This document shows positions 26,293 through 40,400 of a stretch of DNA of 64,000 nucleotides, in pieces. How positions within the stretch are numbered: position 1 is the first letter of the stretch; every line of letters begins with the position of its first letter. Position numbers and translations under genes: made by a program. The notes beneath the pieces were generated by a model. The model was not told where the DNA came from, searched no databases, and saw nothing but the letters and a program-made list of their open reading frames with translations. This stretch comes from Haliotis rufescens (taxonomy: Eukaryota), in NCBI RefSeq assembly GCF_023055435.1, contig NW_025963802.1:30256001-30320000 (forward strand), in the 5' to 3' direction.

Positions 26293-29200
26293 CTGCGATA
26301 CAAAAGGAAGTCATTTAGGACATTCGCAATTTAATTTAAGAAGAAATACTTAGTAACAATTTCCTTTCGCCCAAACTTGGTCCAGATCCACAAAACCTTT
26401 GTAGCGCTACGACTGTAGTAAATATAAAACGTCAATGCAAGAGAATAACCAGTCTTGATTAAAGGCCGAAACAGATTTTATTTGGCGTAAAGGGAAAAAC
26501 TAGTTGTGAAAATCAGTGATTACAGCAGATGTTTAAAGTTATATTAGACTTACGGCTGTCGTTTCGTTACCGCTTTGTTGATGAAGGCTTTGTGCAATGA
26601 GCCTTGGCCACGGTTAACAAGGCACTCGTAGCAATACGACTACGGCCAATGTATTAGCATGGACGTATGCCTGTCGTATCGCTACAAACGCTTTGAAGAT
26701 CGGGATCCATATTACTAGTACAGAAGCACGATACTCACAGTGAGGTGTTGGTCAGGGGCAGTCCAGTGACCAGGTCAACCAGGACTGGGGCGTAGTCCCA
26801 CACAACTTCAACAGCGGCAATGTAGTAACGTCGCACATGACGTCGCTGATGCCCCCACTGCTTGGAGTGGTGTGCACCGCAAGAGAAGACGTCGTACAGA
26901 GCGACCATGCCGTTGGTAAAGTGGAAGTTGGTGCGGCAGTGGACTGACCAGCGACCTGAAGAACATAATACAAATGTGACAAAATGCTTGTTCTGGCTTC
27001 AACGGATTTTCTTGGTGAACATGAACATGGGCGGGAGGTAAGATTTACAAAACAACAATTCAGGATGAAAATAAATTCTTTTCAATATGAAAGATCAAGA
27101 AAAAGCATTTTTCAAAATGTGTTTCTTGCTCCCTGCAATATTAGATAACAAGCACAAGTAATAAACATGATGTGGCCTTAAGACACAACGACCCACATTT
27201 CTTCGCACATTTTTGACAAATGTCATGTGATCGATTTATCAATAACAACAAATATGTTGTTGTTGTGCCTTCATCCGGTTGTATATGCTGTTATTTCATC
27301 ATATTTATCGATATTTATACGTCTGCAGATAAATTGACTTTGCCATTACACAAACAGTCGAATTACTTCTACGCCCGTCTCAGCTCTATATTTTTTACAC
27401 AAGACTCGGTGGCATACCGAGTTTCCGACATACTGACCAACACTGTCCGGAATGGAATGGAGAGTGACCCCGGACCCGGGGATGATGACCTTCCCCTCCA
27501 CGTGGTTGCCGTCCACCTCCAGTGTTTGACCGTTGAAGTTGACGCCGTGGTTGTCCCGGAAAGCCCCCAGGCCAAACAGGTGCCATGTCACGTGATCACC
27601 AACGCACATATCTAGTCCTTGCAGGTTGGCGAATGTTCGGCCATTTATGGCTGAAGTATTAAGGAATCGTGTTAAACAAATGGATTTAATGTGCTGTATG
27701 TTCAACAGTAGCTGCGCTGATGTATTTTAGGGGTAATTCAGACCCTCTTCTGGAGGCCATGTGTCTGTTAGATGTTGTTCGTCTGGAAAGGACTTATGAC
27801 CCATTTCGCATATTCGTTACAGAAGCCAATTGTCGTCATGGTGATACACAATGGATGCTGCCCGTTCTATTGTTGTGGTGATTTACTTTACCATCTGAAT
27901 GTTTGGATATCATCGCCATTTGACACTCTTTACAATCTGCGACATTTGACATCCCTTACTTTCTGCGGCATTTGACTCTATTCACTACCTGCGCCATTGG
28001 ACACCCTTTACAATCCGCGACATTGAACGCGCTTTACTTTCTGTGCATTTGACACCATTTACTCTCTGCGACCGAATACCCCTTAACTATCTGCGCCCCT
28101 GGACACGCTTTTCGTTCCGCGCCCTTGCGTACCCTTTACAATCTGGGTCCTCAGAACCCTTCACTAAATGCGCTCTTCAACTCCCTTAATTATTCGCGCC
28201 CATGACGATATTTACTATCTGTGCCGTTAGGCGATCTGTACTATCTGAGCTCTTGGATACCCTTCACTATCTGCGCCCTTTCTTCTCCCTTCACTATCTG
28301 CGCCCTTTCTTCTCCCTTCACTCTCTGCGCCGTTTCTTTTCCCTTCACTCTCTGCGCCCTTTCTTCTCCCTTCACTCTCTGCGCCCTTTCTTCTCCCTTC
28401 ACTCTCTGCGCCCTTTCTTCTCGCTTCACTCTCTGCACCCTTTCTCCGCCCTTCACTCTCTGCGCCCTTTCTCTTCCCTTCACTATTTGCACCCTTCCTT
28501 CTCCCTTCGTTATCTGCGCCCTTTCTTCTCCCTTCACTATCTGCGCCCTTTCTCCTCCCTTTACTATCTGCGCCCGTTCTTCTCTCGTCAGTATCTGCGC
28601 CCTTTCTTCTCCCTTTACTCTCTGCGCCCTTTCTTTTCGCTTCACTATCTGCGCCCTTTCTTCGCCCTTCACTATCTGCGCCCTTTGTTCTCCCTCCACT
28701 ATCTGCGCCCTTTCTCCGCCCTTCACTATCTGCGCCCTTTCTTTTCCCTTCACTATTTGCACCCTTCCTTCTCCCTTCGTTATCCGCGCACTTTCTTCTC
28801 CCTTCACTATCTGCGCCCTTTCTCCTCCCTTTACTATCTGCGCCCGTTCTTCTCCCGTCAGTACCTGCGCCCTTTCTTTTCCCTTCACTCTCTGCGCCCT
28901 TTCTTCGCCCTTCACTATCTGCACCCTTTCTTTTCCCTTCACTATCTGCGCCCTTTCTCCGCCCTTCACTCTCTGCGCCCTTTCTCTTCCCTTCACTATT
29001 TGCACCCTTCCTTCTCCCTTCGTTATCTGCGCCCTTTCTTCTCCCTTCACTATCTGCGCCCTTTCTTTTCCCTTCACTATCTGCGCCCTTTCTTTTCCCT
29101 TCACTCTCTGCGCCCTTTCTTTTCCCTTCACTATCTGCGCCCTTTCTCCTCCCTTTACTATCTGCGCCCGTTCTTCTCCCGTCAGTTCCTGCGCCCTTTC

Positions 29201-32200
29201 TTTTCCCTTCACTCTCTGCGCCCTTTCTTTTCCCTTCACTCTCTGCGCCCTTTCTTTTCCCTTCACTATCTGCGCCCTTTCTTCGCCCTTCACTATCTGC
29301 GCCCTTTCTTCGCCCTTCACTATCTGCGCCCTTTCCTCTCCCTCCACTATCTGCGCCCTGTCTTTTCCCTTCACTCTCTGCGCCCTTTCTCCTCCCTTTA
29401 CTATCTGCGCCCTTTCTGCGCCCTTCACTCTCGGCGCCCTTTCTTCTCCCTTCAATATCTTTGGCACCTTTCTATTCTTGTTGTCAGATTTATGCGTTGG
29501 TCAGTGACATCCATACAGAATCTCACTTCTTCATGAATCATTATTGTAATTTATTTTTAAGACATATATCACACTCATCTGAGTCCGATAATAGAAGGGA
29601 ATCTTACATACATGATAGCTTTTATAAGAATAGTTATGCTCTTATCTTAACTCACAGAACATGGTGTTTGAGAGTATAAACCCAGAATTGGTCTTGTCGA
29701 CGATTGAGGGATTCAGAGCAAATCTCTGTATGTTCTCGTCAATGTACCAGGACTCGTTCTCGTTCAGGGTGAGGATTAGGAGGAAGAACTCCCGGTCTGT
29801 GGGGGACCCAGTGCTGCTCCAGTGTCCTGGTCCACCCTGCAGGGGTTGGAGGTCAACATGAGTGGGTGAGTCAATAGTGTTGAACGGCGAAAGCACTTAC
29901 ATTCCAGCTACATCACAATTGCCTATAAAACGTTTGTACCAGCAAAACCAGTGACGGAAAACGCGATAAAAAATCTACGACATCGGAACACGATGGCACG
30001 CAATGAGGGCAGACGCCTTCAGAGTCTGACCATCCATTGCAGATGGCTCTTATATTACAACAAGCCTGGGGTCGCTGGGGTACCCCCATTTGACCACAGC
30101 AAGATATGGTTTAGCTCATAGGGGCAGAAATATCCCCAGTATTCCATTGTTTTAAACGTTGTCAGTGTGTTGATGGCAAAAAGTTAAAAGGGACGCAGGT
30201 GGGGTACGTTTGCTGAAGTCTGAGGTGACAGACCAATCTGAATGTGAACCCGTTATTAGCGGATACTGGCAAGTCCACTGAGTCACCGACCAGTCACGTA
30301 GACACTGCACTGCGCTGCACTGCGCTGCACTGCGCTGCACTGCGCTGCACTGCATGAGACGGAAACCACGGCGCGACTACACCATTTTTGACCAAACATG
30401 ATTTTTTTAATCGATTTAATTATAAATATATTAGTGCAATTGGATCGACGTGTTTTAACCGTACATGAACATGTTGAAATAAACATGATTTATTATTTCA
30501 TAACAGTGAAATATTTACACACACTACTTACTCCCTAGCTCACTCACGCACCCACACAATTAATTACTCACTCACTCACGCACCCACTCAATCAATTACT
30601 CGCTCACTTAATTACTTACGAAACTTAAAAAGAAACTTTAAACTGTTATCAACGTCTTATCACTGGCACTGTTGTACTACCCATTCACAAAGAAACGTTC
30701 AGATACATACCTCGGACTTCCAGTCAAAGCTATGTCCCTTCCTACAGATGACCACTGGTCCGATGAGTCCGGTGTACACGTCCTTGACAACGTCCACGGC
30801 GGAGTGATACGTGTACGTGAGACAAGGTGGGTCATCCTCGGTGGGGGCCACGCTGTCGGTCACCTCGAACCTGTACACCACTGTCTCACCAGGTCGTGCG
30901 AACTTACCCACTGTCCCGTTGCCTACACAGACACATAATTATAGAGAATGAGGTTCTTTACCGCCATATAGACAACTATATCGTAAAGGTCTGAATATGG
31001 GTCAGACAAACATTTGTCGAGAGCATGAACAACGATCCACTCGATCCTTATTACTCGGATCCAATGACAAGCATGGGATACCTGGGAAAAAGACAGAATA
31101 GGACTCTCAATCTCAATATATTGATAAATGGATGACTGGTATATCTTATATATCTACATGTGAACACCAATGCTATAGTTGAGATTTAAATGAGCCACAT
31201 CAAACGCATCCAAACACGTCTCCAAACACAATTTACATTCAATCTTTATATCTTCAACATTATGTTGTTAATAAAGAAAAAGAAACATTTCAGTTCCAAA
31301 GGACAATGTTATGTGGAAGGAACATTGCTACATTTAATGTTCCTTTGGGTGCAATCAGTTAAGTCTGGTTTTAACATAAAGCCGATCCAGGGAGTATGTC
31401 AGTTTGTTTGTGGGTTATTGAACCGCCGCACACAGCATTATTCTAGCAATATGACGGCGGTCGGTGAATAATCGAGTCTGGGACAGACAATCCAGTGATT
31501 GACAGTATGAGCATCGATCTATGCAATTGGGATACGTTCACATGATTCAACAAAGTCAGCCAGCCTGACCACCCCATCCCGTTAGTCGCCTCTTACGACA
31601 AGCATGGGTTGCTGAAGACCGGTACCCAAAAGGTATACATTGCAAGAATAACCTGGGTCCGTCCTTTGCATGATGAATAATGAGAGCACAACTGTCTATC
31701 CTGATTTCATGACTCACTGTAAGGGTCTTTTGTGACGAATCCCTCCTGTTCCTTGGGGAAGGTGACTCCGTGGACGTACACGGAGTAGTTGCGGTCGGCT
31801 CTGTTGAGAAAGACTATCTCCACTGTTTCACCGACCTCGGCCTTGATAACAGGACCCAGCAGCCCAAGATGTATCTGAGAAACGAATGACTAGGATCACG
31901 AGACAATGCATTTGAACAATACTAAACCAATGGCATGTACACAAATTGCAAGGTACATGCCATCCCACCTAATAAAGCATCCTTATCAACTGGGGGGCAC
32001 GGGTGGCCCAGTCGTCTAAGGCGCTGCGATTCGCTGTGCAGAGTTGCGTCCCTTGGGCACGCCAGAGACCTATGATTGTGGGTCCGAATCCCGGTTCGCC
32101 CCGATTATGTTTCTAGGTTTGTCAGCACCATACCCGTGCTCATGGGTTCACTGAAGTGGTAAACGTCTGAGACCTGCATCACTTCGGGCTTTCCTCCCAC

Positions 32201-33056
32201 ATTAAGCTGACACGCCGCGATATAACTGGAATACTGTTAAAAGCGGCGTTAAACCCAACTCACTCACTCACACTTATCAACTGACATATCAATGAATCAA
32301 CGAAATGTTGAGTTCCACGGCGATATCCTGGAAACCACCCAACTACAAGAAATACAGAGTGTTGACGTGACGTACCTTGTCTGGAGTCCGGAACTTCTTC
32401 TGCGTGAAGGTGGCGTCGGTATATTCTATGTACAGAGCCTTCACGTACTGACCGCCGATGGTGCTGTTGCCGCGGGTGAAGTAGGTCGATGCCGTGCTGT
32501 CGAGTAGAAAGTGAATGTGATTTTGCATGTTGTTCCGTGTATAAAAATTCCAACTCATGCTCACGCTTTGGTAAATACACTGGCACCGAAGTTTGCTGTT
32601 TGCGAAGTATCGTCCCTAAGTCGCATCAGAATCAGCTAATTGTTGTTCGAAACGATGATCGCCGGCATAAATTTCATCACCATACCCGTTCACACTGATT
32701 TCACTGAAGGGCACACATCTACACCCCTTTCATATCATATTTGTTATTCAGATAATTGTTTACATATTAACATGTACTGTCGTATTTCTCACTTCAGTTT
32801 CATGCCTCTACACTTATACCAGACTCCTTCTAACTAGATTTCCGGAGAGCGGAAAGTCGCATCATACGAAAAGACGTTTAAAGATGGTACTTGTTGTTAC
32901 CCTGCCTGTCGCGCGGATATAATGCGCTCAAACAAGGACTGGTCGGTTCGGAGTCAGTATACTGTGTCTGAGTGGGGTATTCATGTTAAACTGAGGCATG
33001 GTATCTCAGTGGGCCAGCACTATAAAATCGGCATCAGTGCAGACGTAAACAAGCAG

Positions 33057-33092
<36 letters not shown>

Positions 33093-36000
33093 CGCTATAT
33101 AAGTGCAAAATCTTGGACGCGGTGTTAAACTCCATTTCACCACACCTCAGCACCTTCTTATAAGTCTTAGAAAAAGATATATTCCATCTCCTGCCTCACC
33201 TGTTGGGGTTCGTCAGCGACCCTCCAAAGTACAGGTCCTGGCCAGACGGACCGTAATCCCACACCACCTTCTCTGCTGCGATGAAGTACCGCTTGACTGG
33301 CCGGATGTCATCGTGGTAAGGGAGGAAACTCCCGGAATGTCCATCATGAATAGATAATCCAGGCAAATGGTCACGTGACAGGAAGTCACTGGCGGAATAG
33401 TAAGGCGACAGAGAACCGTAACCGCCTTTCTGTCGTGGTTTAATGAGGACGTATGCTTGCATGCCATCTATAACAATAGTACCTGGGTCTTAGTCTGATT
33501 ACACAGTGGCTCATTCTGAACGTCATTCCGGTCAAGTAAACAGCTTAGAGATCTTTACATGTATTCAATCATACATATATGAAGAGAGGGTGAATGGTTT
33601 TGTTTGGCTGAAGGCAGCAAAATTATAGCTATAGTATTACATCCTGTAACAACGGGAACCAGTGGTTGACAGCATGAGCAACGTATGACGTCACATCGTA
33701 ACCCATCGATCCCCATTAGTCCGTTCTTACAGCAAGGGTTCAGGAATCTTTCCGTCATTTAATCCTTTAAATATCATATAATGTATAATTTTCTACAATA
33801 TATCGCATCCATAATAAGACCCTGTTAGTCCAGACTCCGTTATATCAGAAACTAAACATTTTAGACAATTACTGATTTTGAGGTCCACATCATCTCCCCG
33901 AGGCAATGGAGTTAACTGACTGTAAAGCTCCAGTTAGGACTGTTATAGTCACTTAACTCCCTTGCCTCGGGAAGATGAGTCCACATATACTGAAAGGGAT
34001 AGTTTAATGTACCCACGGTGTGGATTAACTGGGTTTTAGTGTATGTAATTAATGTTTGTGACATTAAATATCGAAACGGTCATGTATATCATGTGGAGAT
34101 TTCCCATCATATCTGCATATGTCCATCTCATTAAGTGAAACCTCATTTATCCGGATGGCACCGTTCCCGGTGAAATCGCCAGGTACATGAATTGTCAAAT
34201 TAACAAATCAGTGGTATGTAGACTATAATAAAGTCTGTCCTATTACTACTGACAGACGTTCCCAATAAGAATCGTTCGGAAGACGGGTTCCCTGATTAAC
34301 GGTGTCTGGAATAGGGAGGACACACTGTATATCCCTCCACCAGGTTGTGAATCTCCTTATATATCAATACACTGATGCTGTTGGTGATGCTGTTATCAAC
34401 GTCTGTGCAAGATATACGTTGTATGTAAGGTGTGGAGGGACAAGTATTAAAATGAACTAACTTACACTAAGAATTAAAAAATAATATTAGGTATCGCCTG
34501 GGCGAATTACTCACTCCTGTACCAGGTCGAGATTCTGGACGCAAAGAGCCAGACACCTGGATTTTCGGGTATCATCAGCGCTGACCGGAACGTGGCGGGA
34601 TAAAACGTGATTGTGTTCATTCTGAAACACGTCATACAATAGTAGAAATATTCAATACTCATGACGTAGATTGTGAAGTGATCGTACAGGCAAATACATG
34701 TACATCGATATCTGACATAGACAAAAATAAATAAAGCAAAAATACTGTCGAAAAAATGCGACATATAGTCATTTTCATTAACAATGATACAAATATCGAG
34801 TGAGTGAGTGTGTGCGGCTGTACGCCGCTTTCAGTTATACTTAAGTAATATTACAGAGGTCGGGTGGCCACAAGAAATGGGCTTCACATATTGGCTTACC
34901 CACCACCTTACTAGGAATATCATATAATATTACTATCCCTTTTATAGTTTGGGCTGTCAGAAAGGGTCATGGGAGCATTTGATTTGGGGTACCTAAAATT
35001 ATGGAATATCTAAATTTAGATTAAATTAATTAAAATTAAAATTGAAATGATGTAATGTTTGTAATTAAAATATTTTAAAGATCTCCAAGTTCGATGCAAC
35101 ATTCGTTTCCACGTGAGTAATAGTTAAAGTTACTAGTTCTTATCAGATCCAAGTATGATACCAAATATATTTTATACCAATTTGAATTTATATGTATTTG
35201 TGAACAGAACATTTTATGACAGCGTAATTCTATGTGTGCAGTGCACTATTTTATATGTATTTTAAGGGCAATATAAATAATGACAGACATAATTCAACCC
35301 TGTCAATTGTGTCTAAGTTCGTATTCTGACCACTGGTCACAGCATGGTCATAAATGCCACGGCTTATGTGACACACCCTGAAACAGTGAAACAGTGGGCG
35401 CCCACATACATCTCCTGGACAGACACTCTAGACGGAGGGTCACCTCGGTCATATTACAAGCTGGGGCTGTTTATGGTGTAAACTGATCGTTACTGTTGTG
35501 TTGAACACTCAACAAGGGGCTGTGATTCTCATTGTTGTTGGGCCTCAGGGAAGGTGCTGCGCACATTTAAATACTTCAGTATAACATATTAAACTTGGGT
35601 TCATGTGAAACCCATTCTTGGCGTACCAATCGTGATACTGTTAAGAGCAGCGTAAATCCCTATTCCCTCATTTAGAGATGACAAAGACGCAGACGACGAC
35701 GATGATGACGACGACGATAATGATGATGATGATTATTGTTATCATTATTATTATCATCATTATTATTATTATCATCACTTTACTGCTGATTAGAATGATG
35801 TTTCGCCTATCATGATAAAAATCATGTTCTTTGATTTCGTGAGTGAATGAATCTGTTGTTTACTTGCACTGTCAGCAATATTCCAGTTATATATCGGCGA
35901 TTTGGAAATAACAGAACAAGCGCAAGAACAACGATCCACGTAGTCGGGATACGAAGACATGCAATTAGCCGTGACATAGAGCCTGGCAACACGATCCTAT

Positions 36001-37443
36001 TTAGTCCTCTCTTGAACAAGCATGGAGTTTGCGGCCTACTTTACCCCAGAATCCCCCGGGGCTCTTTCATTACGAACGCCCATGGTTAGACTAATATACT
36101 GCTACGACGCAAGGTGTATTTAACCTTGTGTGTCACCCAGACCCTAGAGAATAAATTAAAAAAGAGAGTCCAGTCTAGAATGATTTGGCAAATTCAGATT
36201 GCCTCAGCTGCTCTGAAATTATGGATTGGATTTGGATTTTAATGGGGTTTTTTTATATTGTGGATATATATGTTTAATTAAGATAACTTTATTTCTGGGA
36301 CTAAATGTCAGTCTATATTTAACCCTGCATCACTTGCTTGATGTTTGAAGTGAATTTACACGCCACATGTAAGATATTTGTGAACAAAATCTCAGATTTT
36401 ACGCCGCTTATATCAACTTGACCCAACACAATGCACACATGGCGAATCGACCCGGTTCTTCGGTGTTAAAAACCTGACATTTACTATTTGCGATTTTACC
36501 TATGATTTTGAACCAACAAAACTTGTCCGTTGATGTGAGCGCTCTGTAAGCCAGCGTTGAGAGAGAAGAAATGCCACACAACTTTCTCGCCGACGTTCAC
36601 CACGAGACCAGGGAGGTTGCCGTACATGCAGCCGTTCATGTGAGCCATGGTGTTTGAGGCAGCGAAGGCGGCGTCCTCGTTGTCGAGAAGTCGCGTACAC
36701 TCGGTGACGTTGAGGCAGTTGTTGAGGCTGGATCTGATACACCAACTGTTCTGTTCCTCAACGACGTCCTGGTATATAATGAACTCCTTGTCGACGTCAC
36801 GCCGTTTTCCACTGGAGTCAAGTGTTCCTGGAAAGTAACCACTTAAACCTGATAGACACTAATATCTTAACACATGTTTGTGATTTAGGTTTTTTTTAGG
36901 CTGCCTAAAATAAATTAAATGTTTCTCGGACACGTTTCTCTTACAAGTGAGAAGGTAGGTTTTTAATTATTTTTAAAAAACAAACAGAAGTAATGAGAGA
37001 TTTTATGGCTTTCACACCAAGAATATCAACACAAATCGAAAAGTGCTCTGTAGTCAGTTGTCAAGAAAGGCATTTTAAGGAGAACAGGTTATGCTTCATA
37101 TGGCGCAGGAAATTTGAAAAATATTTTCTTTAATGGGCCATGTAAGTGACTGACTGAGAATTTAAATATAAAAAGTCCAGCCAGTGAACAACCTCTCACG
37201 ATTATACGACGCAACAGATTCCATTGGGTGAAAACAGCAAAACAGCGGTGAAAGACATATGAATGGATCACTGAAAATTAGTGATGACACCAGGTATTCG
37301 CGTCGATCCCCTGTGGTAGCCTTACATGATGGCCAAACACGTTTGATTTTTACGGAGGAGGTATGTTTCCATCACATCACACCCACCCACCCATACACAC
37401 ACACACACACACAAACGCACGCACACACGCACGCACGCACACA

Positions 37444-37474
<31 letters not shown>

Positions 37475-40400
37475 GTACCCCTCTTGCACGTGAGGAACAT
37501 GCCGACGAGGCCGGTGTCGACATCCCTGGTAGATACACGATGTGAGTGGTAGGCCCAGGGTAGACAGTTCTCATCCTCGGCAGTCGGGGCAAACGTTTCT
37601 CGAACAACCCACTCATATACATACACCTGGCCAGGCGCCACGGCATCATCCAGCTTGTCGCTGCCGCTTGTGTTGTCCTCATATCCGGCACCTGTGGTGA
37701 GATGTTAATCCAAATTGAATCAGGGCGGTATATTAACACGCCTTCAGACGACAGGGCATCTTTCAGTGTCTTTATGTTGTTGTAGACGAAAACGTAGACG
37801 TTATTTTAAATTGTCCAGTGTATAATGTTAAGCGACATTGTCTCACAAACAAGTGACACGAGTTAGACTCAAATTTTATCAACCTGTGTGATGTTCAGAA
37901 AACAGCTTATATTTTGTCCGATAATATTTTATATCCTGCAATGGTATTTTACCCAAAAATGAAACGTGTTTTATACAGTTGCTAGTCAGCTTTTATTTTT
38001 ATTCTGTATAGTAAATATGTGAATACGTTTTAGAAGAGTCTCTTTACTCCGTATGGAGTGGCACATGTATATGTATTTTATCATTCTTCATCTGCCTGTC
38101 TGTCTGTTAATGTCCTACCTACACACAGTGAAGCCCCGTTAATCCGGACGGTGTACTTTTGAAATTGTCCTGAATAACAAATCATGATATCCCTAAGGCT
38201 GTACAAAGATTGATATTCCGATTGAGCTATTCAAGGTAACGTGTCATTGTCCCTGTAGTCACTTGTATATATAAACCGTTCCAACTGTAACAGGANNNNN
38301 NNNNNNNNNNNNNNNNNNNNNNNNNNNNNNNNNNNNNNNNNNNNNNNNNNNNNNNNNNNNNNNNNNNNNNNNNNNNNNNNNNNNNNNNNNNNNNNNNNNN
38401 NNNNNNNNNNNNNNNNNNNNNNNNNNNNNNNNNNNNNNNNNNNNNNNNNNNNNNNNNNNNNNNNNNNNNNNNNNNNNNNNAGTACAAATGTTACCCACAC
38501 ATAAAAGTTAAATAATTTGTTTCACTTCCGAAAATCTATTTAGCATTTCTTCATCATATTATTTCGTATACTGCAAACATATTTTAACCTTTTACAACAA
38601 CAGCTATTACAGTAACCCATCAACGACCTCATATTGAAATTTGTATTTAAATCTTAATAATTCATTAACTTCAGGGTATCTTGTTATCGTACCCTCAGGC
38701 TTTTTCTTGATTGGTTTGCGGATTTTCTTTCAAACTTTGAGTGATTGAAATAAAACTAAACCTATAACCAGGCCCTTTAAGTTATACACAGTGTAACTAC
38801 GTGAGGAATCGAACCCGGGTCTTCGGAGATTCCTTCAGTGACTCGACTACCACAGATCTCCCTTTCATCATGGACGCCAGGCTACTTAACGTGGAAAGTG
38901 TGTTTCACCCACCTTCAGCATTCTTCAAATAGAAGATTCCATGGGAGTGTAGTGTAAAGGATTGGTTGCATCTGAAGGCCAGGTTGGCGAATCTGATGAG
39001 GATGGTATCTCCGACCTCAGCTCTGAACACTGGACCAAGGTAGCCCAACCAGGCAGGCCTAGGAGCTTGATACAAGAAGCTGTTGTCTGTATACTCTCTG
39101 TATACAACCTTCTTGTATTTGCTGCCTATACGATTCGGACCTTGTTGGATGAAGTTATTTGCGACACTGGAATAGAGCATCACCGAGTGAACTCACAAAT
39201 TAAAAATTAAAAAAGAACAATTACAAAAAAACGTATAAAGAAATGAGCATGCCTTTTTTAAACTGACGGTTTCATATTTGACAATATACATAAACTATAT
39301 CTTATTAAAGGATATGTTTAACAAAGATTAAGTTCAAATAGTTATGAATCAAATAAATATTTTGCAAAAATGTATGCATTCACCGAATCCAATATTAACA
39401 CTTACTGTAACGGTAAACCTTTTATATAATTACATCCATATATATCCTGTAAACTATACTTAGTCTATATTTAATAATAATAATCATTAAAGTGTAATTG
39501 CATAACTATAAGACCGAAGGACAGTGTATGGGTCGTTATTTCGAATTGTAGCTAATGCATTATATGGTATACATGTATATAATACCGCACAGAGCGTTGT
39601 CCATACAATGATGCCATCGATCGGATGTATGGTTAGGTACAGAATACAAATTCTGAATGATAATCTTCTATTTCGCTATATTATTGTATTTTATATTGCA
39701 ATACCGACATCAGTAATGTATAAGCTACATCTGTCCTGTTTATTAAATATGATTTTACAGTTTAAAGTCCATTTCATAATAAAGATGTATTCAATTTAAT
39801 TGATGGGCATAAATTTGATAATGATAAGGCTTTCCTGTCATGCTGTCATGTTCTTGTTTAAATTGTTGTAAATTTCGAGAACGTCCTCACCCCTTGTCAG
39901 TTAATCAATACAAAATTAAGTGCTTATATTAATAACATAAGCACTTAATTTTGTATTGTAATATGAATGTCATAACGGGGTGTAGGGGACTCTACAAGCT
40001 GAATGTTCGTGTGCTCCCTTCGACCGAAGTGTGTAGGTCAGCTTTCAAATAACAGCTACTTATCTTCATGCAAATGTTAATTTTGTTCAACTTTCACTTT
40101 TTTATAACATTCAGATAGACACCAATATAGTCAAAAGAATATATTTCCTTCAGGTAAAACCAGTTTAGCCTAAAGTTACGTGCACCTCAATACTCCAAGG
40201 AGTAATGTTTGTTTGTTTATTGTTTGTTTGTTGTTTAACGCCGCATTCAACAATATTCCAGCTATATGACCGTGAACTGTATGTAAATAATCGAGTCTGG
40301 AACAGACAATCCGGCGATTGACATCATGAGCATTGATCCACGCAATTGGGATACGATGACATGCATCAAACCAAGTCAGCGAGCCTTACCACCCGATCCC

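Noticed and set aside
28202-29536. Three 408-444-aa repetitive ORFs
   Set aside because: They come from a 27-bp minisatellite that is open in several frames on both strands and lies inside an MCO-A intron whose flanking exons join in phase.
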